DNA of 60,557 nucleotides, filler included, from Sphacelaria rigidula (Eukaryota): assembly GCA_964200075.2 (NCBI GenBank). It is 9 parts of 9 records of this genome, joined end to end, with 100 filler letters (N's around TTAATTAATTAA, not from the genome) between each part and the next. Parts side by side here need not be neighbours in the genome. Positions count along the whole stretch, not along the records: positions 47,180 to 53,818 come from CAXNAA020018901.1; positions 53,919 to 60,557 come from CAXNAA020018902.1; 7 more parts are not named here. The stretch is one strand, 5' to 3'. Below are positions 51,681-60,557 of this stretch, one piece after another. Under the pieces are notes generated by a model that was given only the letters and a program-made list of their open reading frames with translations, ran no database searches and was not told where the DNA came from. A program made the position numbers and the translations under genes. How positions within the stretch are numbered: the first letter of the stretch is position 1; the number at the start of each line of letters is the position of its first letter.

Positions 51681-52869
51681 ACTGAATCATACCGAAATGT
51701 GTATCGAGTATCCCAGTACGGTTCGGCAGGGTATCGAGCCGAACTCGCTCCGAGCACAGCACGACCAGGTATGGTCCGGAAAGGTATGTTGCCGATAAAA
51801 TTTCTCTTGGATACTTGTGTAAATACCGTAAATACTCTGAATACCCTCATTTCGGTGGTGGGTATACCCTACGAAACCCAATCTCGGAACTCGTATTTCG
51901 TATCACCTGTAGCACTGCCTCCTCCAGAGTAGTCGGGAACCCCAGATCTGGCGGGGCAGGCACACCCACGTCCCACTTATGTACGCGATGTGGTACTCGG
52001 TTCCACGTCGTATGGTACTGAGTACTTGCTCCTAGTATCTGGAATACCCAGTCCCGAAAATGCGGAGTATCCGAGAACCTGAAGCACTGCTTGCTTCAAA
52101 GTACTGTAGTACTAAGTACCCCAGAGTGCGTGGAGCGCCCACCTCCCAGTGTGTACGTAATGTATGTACGAGTAGTACTCGGGAGTTTGCAGCAAAAAGC
52201 GAAGAGTACCCCCGAGTACCCCCGAGTACGTGAAGCACCCCACTCCTCGAAGTTCTGATCGGAAGTTCTGCGTGTTTATTTCTCAACAAAATCTGCATTC
52301 ATCAACTGTGTCGAAAGCAGTACCCATGGAGTATTTCGGGGTATCTAACCGGGGTATCGGCAGCCGAAGATGCGGAGGGTTGCAGATCACGTGAAATACC
52401 GACCTCCAAAAATACACCATGTGGTGCTCAAGAGTATGCAGGAAAGAAGTGGGTAAATCGGAGTACTGTACCTGGAGGACCCACCCCCGGAAATACTGCA
52501 TGTTGTACACGTCGGACAGCCATGAGCTCACCTATGATGACTACGAAGAGGACTCTACTAGTAATAATAATATAATATCCCTTGCCCAAGAACACAAAAT
52601 ACGTGACAGCGGAGTCCGAGAAGCCAAAGCGCTACCTTCGCACTACTACTACTACTCCGCGTGCTCGGCGTTCAGCGCTGTAGGGAGCAAATATGGAAAA
52701 GGGGGGCTAAATAAGCTTTTATGGTTAGCTAGCTCATGATCCGGATCAGTACACTCACACTTCCTAACAAGTAATAGTAATGTTGAGGTATAATACCGCA
52801 AGGGCTGTCCGACGTGTGGAATATTCGAAGGTTGTGTATTCTGTGGGGTGGTGTTGTGTTGTGTGCGTG

Positions 52870-53245
52870 TATATGTGTGTGTTGTCATCCCATCTATTCT
52901 GGACGCCAATCTACACACATTTCGGTATATGTGGGCGTATCAGCCGGGTCACACAGGCAGGATGAGGAAGGCCAACATGAGAGTTTATTTATTTATTATC
53001 AATAGTACTCCACCTTCCCTCTGTGGTGTTCGCCTTATTTTTTATCGCGAGAAGGGTTCAGCGGTACCTTTCCCTCGTCGACCGTGAAGTGGAATTTTGT
53101 GTACCCACGATATAGTCGCTCTCCACCGTTGAGCATTTGCGTGAGGAAAAATTAATCCCAGATCGTGTGACTGAACCAAACTTTGAACCCACGACCCAAC
53201 CGTCAGAAGCTTTCGAGGTCACCGACTGAGCCACCGGGGCGACCC
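52870..53245 (-). mobile_element. tRNA-derived SINE copy
   Basis: Colinear with 29325-29686 including the head (accgactgagccaccggggcgacc). Confidence 0.8.
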
Positions 53246-53957
53246 AGACCGACTGAAATTCGGGTATTTACATAGGTAAATGAATATACAAGATGCAATT
53301 TATCGGTAAATGCCGTTCGGAACCATACCATAGTGTTTGGAGCAGGGTTCGATGCCCTGCCTGACCATGCTAGAATGTTCGGTAGACACTCCGGTGTATG
53401 GTTTAGTATGTCAACTAAAAATCCCCCACTTGCGGGTATTGTATACCCTACAGTTATGGGCGATCTAACACTCACTTTTATGGCAAACGAATCTCGATTT
53501 TTTGGGACCCCGATTTTGAATCGGGGGGACTCGAATTCGCGAACTCAAAATCGGGGGGACCATTTTATGGCACAGACGGTACAGTATCACAGATTTGTGA
53601 AACGCTTCTGTACACAGACGATCATTTTTTGCATGAGTGTTGTACTCCAATCTTGTGCATAAAGCCGAAGAGTAGGCAGGCGGTAAACAACCCTTCGAGT
53701 AAAGTGTCGTACCTTGATACCCTAGGGTAAATACAGTGGAGGACACTTCATCAGTACAGTACATGATAATGTCTTGCGATAGTACATGATGGCACAGTCG
53801 GTATTGCGAGAACAGAGANNNNNNNNNNNNNNNNNNNNNNNNNNNNNNNNNNNNNNNNNNNNTTAATTAATTAANNNNNNNNNNNNNNNNNNNNNNNNNN
53901 NNNNNNNNNNNNNNNNNNCCCTCCCCACCCGACCGACCGCCCCCGGAACGTTACCGA

Positions 53958-56900
53958 TTGTGGCAGAAGAAAAACTGCGACGCCCTTGTACGAGGAGCAC
54001 GCTTGAAGCAACTCGCATACTTCACCGCTGGATTCATCGGCGACAATAAGACAGTGGTTCCTTCATACGGAAGTGTGAAGCTGGACAAAAACGTCTTCTA
54101 CCGGATATCTTATCTGTACTTACCGAGGCGGTCCAACGACGACAACCACCACGAGAGTAAGCAGAACCATGTACATGTATCGTACTGCGTCCCATGCATG
54201 CGGTGGACATATACGGTGGGGTAGGAATGGCGAACGCGAGGGCTGCGTACACGGAACGCAAACGTCGTCGACACTGCGCTGTCAACCATATAGAACGGCA
54301 TAGACGACAAAAGTGACGTTAAAGCCGAAGACGGTACTTTACCCGACGTAGACAGCGCCGGTGTCGAATGACTTCATTGCTGGGCTAACCCCCCTTGATG
54401 GCGCACATGTCCTCTACACGCCTTTTACGGACTGCATGCGGCCGCACCGCCGACCCAAACCGTCATTTTCGCCCATTTCCGTCGCTGGGGAGAGGGAGTG
54501 GGAGGGAGGGAGGGGGGGGCTCCTTTGCTGCTTGCCCCAGTCGCTTGACCGTTGACCACGCATCCCTTCGAGGCGGAACACCGTTCGTACTACAATCAGA
54601 GACGACACACGCAGAACATTTAGGTGCTCATGACGTTTGCTGCGTACATAATACAAAACAAATGAGATACGCTATCGCCGCCCTGTTTCCCCGTCCGTGG
54701 CCACCATCTCCCCCGTAATATAGCCACATGACTGCTCATCATCCGACGGTCCGCAACAGGGCGGTGTTGCAATAAAGTGGATAGGCTCGTGAAATATCAA
54801 ACCACAGTGATCCCCGCCGTTGACTGCCGCTGAACCCCGCTGTTATTCCGGCGCAGGGGATGTGAAGAATTTGTGCACGTCATACCGCAGCAACCTCACC
54901 ACGAAAATCAGGGTAGCATGCAGCAAAATCTTCATGACCCTACTGGCAGAGATGGATGAGAGTGGCACGGAGATCAGCGGCGGTAATGTTCTGGAGGACC
55001 TGCACACCGAGGTGTCCAGGAAGAGGTTTCCGCCATCGTCGGAGGTAGGCCAGTTCGACGCGAAGTTCTGCTGCAGGAAGACAGGCGCGCTTATTTTCAG
55101 TGATGTAGAAGGATGTACTCGGATGATGTAGGCACACGCAGTACCTTAAACAAAGCGCCGTGCTCTTGTGCACACGCAGCAAGAAACAGAAAGGCAAACA
55201 ATGATTGTTTCGCGGAAACATGGGCGATGAAAGAAAATTGTACCCCAGTTGGTATTGCAGGTTGGTAATTGGATACCTTTCTCTTCAGGCTTACAAGAAC
55301 CGTGTCGATTGCAGCGATCGTCGCTCACGTGACGCAAGTTCGGCACGCGTTTTGCCAGTAGCCAACCCACCAGCACATTCCGACGCTTGCTGCAAGCGAA
55401 GTCAGACGTGACCTGTGCCCACTGTGCAAAACCGCGTCATCCCTGATACATGTGATGCTTTTTCTGCCGCGCGGTCTCCGCAGGCGATGAAGACTTTCGT
55501 CGAGGATGTCTTCGACTACGGCATGGCGGGACACAGGTCGATGTACAATGGCTCCTATAAGGACATCTCCATCAACGAGGTATACGGAGATATCTTTACC
55601 GCTTTCGGAGAGGTGAGGAAGCCCCCACGAAGGTGCTGTGTGGCGCAGCCTAGGAGGGGATTTATAGCTTTCGAGCGCACCCTGACCTCGATTTTTCGAG
55701 TTGCACACTGAGGTTTGCTATGTGCGGTAAATAGGGCGTTTTGGAAGCAAGCGTTTGACCGGTCGGGAGATCTTTCTTTAGATTCAACGGCGTTATACTG
55801 AGACATGCACAGTGATGATCGCCCCAGAGCCCTGAATAAAATGTTATGAGCGGTGTTTCTTTTCTTAAATATGCCCTATTCACTGCGCTCGAACGGATGC
55901 GGGATGTAATCAAAGACCCAAAGTCACCCACAACCAGTCTTCTGCACTTTGCCCAGCGCCAGCGTAAGGGCGGAGCAAGATTCGCAGTGTTGACAACTGC
56001 TGAAGAGACATGGCTGATGGCGAATCGTAAGGGCTTGCCTTACAGTCTACTTCTCGGCCGTAGGTGTGAGCGCCCCTGCTTGTTCAACATTTTCCTTGAG
56101 TTCGATTTCATGTTTTTTTGCGCTTCTTCTGGGTCGAGGTGATGCCGAGGGGGGAAAAATAGCATCACGAAAATATTGACGACCTCGGTTTATCCCTCAC
56201 AATCAAACGAAAACCATCTCACCGCCCACGTTCAACAATGGCACGGGAAATACGCCAGGACGAGGATGAAATGGCGCAGTATTTTGGTGGCCACTCAACG
56301 GCCCATGTTTCGTGCAAATAGAATGATATGTTGTGTAGGGCCTCGGTAGGGGCACATGAGCAAAAGGAACGGGTCACGAGGGTATGTATCCATTAATGAG
56401 AGTGATTCAGGGCGTTTTAGTTTGGCAACGGCCAGTTTCGGACGCAAACGCTCGATCCTCTCAAGAAAGAGGAATGAGTTACCCTTACTGCTTTTGAGGA
56501 CACGTCTTCGGTGCTCCATGCCAACTTCCAAATCATGGATTAAAAATCGAGTCAGATGAACGGAGATGAGGCCCAAGTGCAATGTTCATTTCTCGTGGAA
56601 ACTCCCCAGAAGTGGGGAAGAGAAACGAGGAAATTGAATAATGCCCAAAGCCTCCTAATTTTCGCAAATGATCATGCATGGGAGGTTCTTCATACGAAGT
56701 TGTATCCTATGTCGGGTAACTCCTTACGCTCAGGTCTATGTCGAACCCCGAACGATGTTTTCTGCGGATGACGAAGAATTTTGGTGTGGACAACGGACGT
56801 CCGTCACCTCATTCATGTCGTGTCCCTGTTCGCCCGCTACCCCGGCGAGCGTTGTAGTTATTATCTTCAGGTTCACTACGCGTACCATGTAGAGCTGGCA

Positions 56901-57310
56901 AAACATGCAGCCCGCCGCCCGATGTGTCCCTGAGAGAAGAGGTCGCCGACGTTGTCTCGACCCTGTATCACATCCCATGGTATCCGCCGACAGCGTTCGT
57001 TATGCACGACGCCCACGCACCCATCCCGGCCACGAACATCATGACGTTGTTGCGTGCTCTGTACCAGGCAGCAATGCGCATTCTGCGGGGGACCTTGAGT
57101 ATAGTCGAGGCTGATCATAATGACGTAGGGGAAGTTCCAGGCGAGGTAGAGGGGGAAGGTGAAGGCAAGGTGGAGAACAGGACGGCTGTAAACATCATCA
57201 AATACCGAGTACGTGCTTGGGCCGCCAACTGGTCTCCCTCAAAGGAAGCCGACGACCCTAAGGAATTGAGGAAGCAAGATACGAAGGGCAAAGCGTGGAA
57301 ATGCGAGTGA
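53958..57310 (+). pseudogene. Coding-like fragments of an unidentified, probably decayed multi-exon gene
   Basis: One clean exon cag|AMKTFVEDVFDYGMAGHRSMYNGSYKDISINEVYGDIFTAFGE|gtgagg at ~55484-55612. Protein-like stretches at 53958-54360, 54858-55128 and 56924-57310 are interrupted by stops. No family recognised. Confidence 0.3.
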
Positions 57311-57533
57311 GTACAGGACCGTAACGTGGAGGGGATCCTCCGCCGACGGTTGGCCCGTATAAGTGCAAGTATTAGCATATGCTACCACTCGGGAAATGTT
57401 AGCAGGCGGAGACACGTTAATTCAAGAGTCCAACCAAACGACCGGCATTGAAAGACGTACAGGACCAGGATAGACCTTAACTTCTCCTGCGATCGCAGAA
57501 AGAGCAGAAGAAGCGGAACGCCGTTTTGTTTTG

Positions 57534-58084
57534 CGTTTTAGACCGCTTTTTATAGACTTGGAAATGATTCTCTCTGAACTGCCCTTTTTGAGCCTTTTCT
57601 CCCGGATTGTTTGCGGAATACGAGCCTTGGCGGATTTGCCTTCCTCGTATAGATTTGCTCTGCTTTTCACGAGGATTCTAGCGCACTTTTCCGCTATTTT
57701 GGACACCTAGTTCTGCTCTTGGCCAGATTCTAGATTCTTACAGTCACTTAAAAAGTCATCAAGTTACCGGAGTAAATACGGTCTTTTCTCCGACAACTAG
57801 ATGACTTTCGTCTTTTCTCCGACAACTGGATGACTTTCGTTTTTTCTCCGACAACTGGATGACTTTTCAAGTGACTGTAAAAATCTAGAATCTGGCCAGG
57901 AGCAGAACTAGGTGTCCAAAATAGCGGAAAAGTGCGCTAGAATCCTCGTAAAAAGCAGAGCAAATCTATACGAGGAAGGCAAATCCGCCAAGGCTCGTAT
58001 TCCGCAAACAATCCAGGAGAAAAGGCTCAAAAAGGGCAGTTCTGAGAGAATCATTTCTGAGTCTATAAAAAGCGGTCTAAAACG
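57534..58084. mobile_element. ~550-bp near-perfect palindrome (foldback) with central 3 x 29-bp tandem repeat
   Basis: 57534-57779 is the reverse complement of 57839-58084 with few mismatches. The unit gtcttttctccgacaactggatgactttc starts at 57781, 57810 and 57839. Confidence 0.9.
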
Positions 58085-60557
58085 GCCGTGAAAAGTAAAG
58101 CAGTGAAAACGAAGTATGTGGCAGAGTTTGAAAAAACACAGCAGATTCAATAGGCTTTGACTCCTGCTGCGATCGCAGAAGCAGCATAATCCCCTTCTTG
58201 TCCAAGAAAAGGGCCATGGAAAAAAAAGAAAAGAAGATCCAAAGTATGTCACACGGTTATATAAAAACAGCAGACGTTTCAGGCGAAAAAGTAAGCGAGA
58301 CTAGTACCACGGCGGGAGACGGGGATCTCGTGGAAAGCCCCGTTCCTAAGTCAAGTAAAATCAGGGCTACACACGTGCCCCCCCGCCACAACCCTATAAC
58401 CATAGCTTCACGTTCTCCCTCCATTTAAACATGATCTCAAGCGCTTGGGGCTCGTTTATTTTGTTCATGAAAAGGGACAGTAACGAAGGCGCAGACGCAG
58501 ATAAGCGCGGGGGGGGGGGAACGCGGGAAGAAATGACCTATAAGCGCAGAAATCGAGCAAACAAATTAAGATATGGAGTCAACGTGTAGACCAGACTGCT
58601 TCACGCGTAATGCTCAAAATTGTCTCATGAGGGAATAACTGACGCTAACCCTACCCCAACAAGCGCGATATGTATGAATTTGTGTTTAAGGCCATCAATG
58701 TCGAGCCAGGGCGAGAAGGTAACTCGACCAATCAGTGCCCTTCAAATTTCAACTCACGTACTATCGCCATGCTCCGAAACCACTGTAACCGCCATGGCGA
58801 CGGGAAATCCAACGGTGATTTCTGCAACGATGCTGTCCGGATGGTACGAAATTTTGGCAGCACGGAAGAGAAAAGGAGCACTTGCGATTGTTTACGTTAT
58901 ACCTGTCGTTGAAAAGCTGAAGAAAAAGGCAAAAAAGAAGACTCCACGAAGCTTGTCCCACCATCAACCGTGACGCAGAAGCAGTGCACAACGCGAACTG
59001 ACCTCGCATCGCGGGCACACTCCTGAAGACTTCAGCCCCGAACATCAACGCCTACACTTCCACGAACATGTCTCCAGAATTTGGCCCGCTGCCAACGTGA
59101 GGTCCCCTGCATCCGACTACCTCCCAGCATTGTTTCGGCGCCAGTTCACGGCCAAAATATCCAACAATAAAGTCACGTTGATTCATAGTAGCTTGGCCAA
59201 GTCGTGCAGTATGACCGACGCCGTCTGCTTCCCCGATCCACGGCGTTTTATCCACCGCGTGCCCATGTCCGCAGGACCTTCGGGTTGATCTTGAAGACCA
59301 TCTGTGCGACAGTACGGCCTGGGTGCAAGATCATGGCCATGAAAGACATGCCCGTGCATCTGACCACGGCGATTATCCAGTCAGCCGTAACTCCGTACAA
59401 GCAATAACAGGTACGAGAACTGCAGGTGGGGTTGCTTCGGGTTGCGTTTTCGGCCCGAGGGGGGAGGGGTCGGGCAGAGAGAGGTACCGAACGTGAATGA
59501 TATGGGTTGGGGTACAAGACCGCGAGGGTCCCGTTGGTGCCGGGCGTCTCAATTAGGTCACGACAGACTGTATCAGAGAACCTTGTCGCATCTATCAAGC
59601 GTGTGCAACAACTGCGTTGCCGAGGGGACACGCATAACACCGAATAGTTGGGACGGCCATGCCCTGCGATCCCGTATGCACCCCGTAATGATGCCGTTTG
59701 TGTTTACATTACCGTTTCACAAACGTGCGGACAGGACGGAAAATGCGCGACGAGCCCGTGGATGAAAGCAGCGGAGGTCAGGCCCGGCGGGTCGCCATTT
59801 GGCGTCGACTGCCATGACGTGAAAGGGGCGATGGCTCACGTGCAGCACCCAAAAAGCTCGGAGTGCCCTTCCCACTTTTGTTAGGTTCTATACTTGTCGG
59901 CGTTTGGCAGTCACTTGATGTGCCTGGAGTCTTGTGTCCCTAAGTACGTCCATGTCGGCACTACGGAGGAGGACGACCACGTATCTGACCAGAACTGATA
60001 TCACACGTGCTTCCGCCGATATTTTTCTTTGGGACGTACGGGATGGTTCTTCGCTGTGGAGTGGCGGCATAGAGGAGTGGCCTTATCGTTACTATCGGGT
60101 TGTGTGAACTGATGGCGTATCGCGGTCGCCTGGTGTGCGGCGTGTTCGTGTTAGTATGAAGGCTTATATAGGGTCTACTGAGGCCATCGGGCGTAGCTAG
60201 CATCTATGTCACGCGTGTTTACTACCGGTTGTAGTATCTCACACCGTACAAGCGACATGTTTGTCCCACGTGCGATAGTCGTACTTCCGTGAATTGGCTG
60301 AGAGAAACGCGTGCGGGGCAGGGGCCCTGACCGGGGCGCGATGGATGCGCCGTATTTGTGTTGTAAGGGCGGCAGAGTTGGATATACGGATACCGGTTTC
60401 TCGTGTGGTGGGTGCGCTATGCCTTGGTATGAGCTTCACACGTGGACAGGTAGCACCCTGTGGAGGGGGTCTACAGGGTTCACGTACCCTGCGCAGTGTT
60501 TCTGGCGGGAATTTTACTGTACAGTGTTTTCCAGCGTAGCACAGGACGCTCCACAGG

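Noticed and set aside
57781..57867. 3 x 29-bp repeats as a CRISPR array
   Set aside because: The units are directly adjacent with no spacers, there are no cas genes, and the context is eukaryotic.
57422..58252. ORFs 57422-57706 and 57908-58252
   Set aside because: They are readings of the palindrome arms with no domain similarity.

Overview
This is eukaryotic DNA, most likely a brown alga or related stramenopile. That is inferred from short GT-AG exons in long repeat-rich introns, an axonemal dynein gene and a heterokont-type bipartite presequence. The window is not one locus. It is nine ~6.64 kb contigs joined by 100-nt N/TTAATTAATTAA/N spacers, so links across spacers mean nothing. Recognisable host genes: 7 exons of an axonemal dynein heavy chain (- strand, 34232-40085), 3 exons of exosome subunit RRP45 (+, 49218-50809), and the first exon of a myo-inositol-1-phosphate synthase with a plastid-type presequence (-, 21681-22529). 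Mobile DNA dominates. It includes an intron-containing Sola-like DDD transposase pseudogene, several MITEs with GAG/GAC termini and 4-bp TSDs, and an intact tyrosine recombinase ORF divergent from a decayed CCCH gag-like ORF with no visible RT. It also includes tRNA-derived SINEs, a 5S rRNA copy fused to a dispersed LINE-like (AATC)n tail (candidate SINE3 or chimeric retrocopy), a short poly(C)-tailed repeat associated with G/C runs, hAT- and piggyBac-type MITEs, and long foldbacks. All family assignments come from motifs read by eye; no searches were run.
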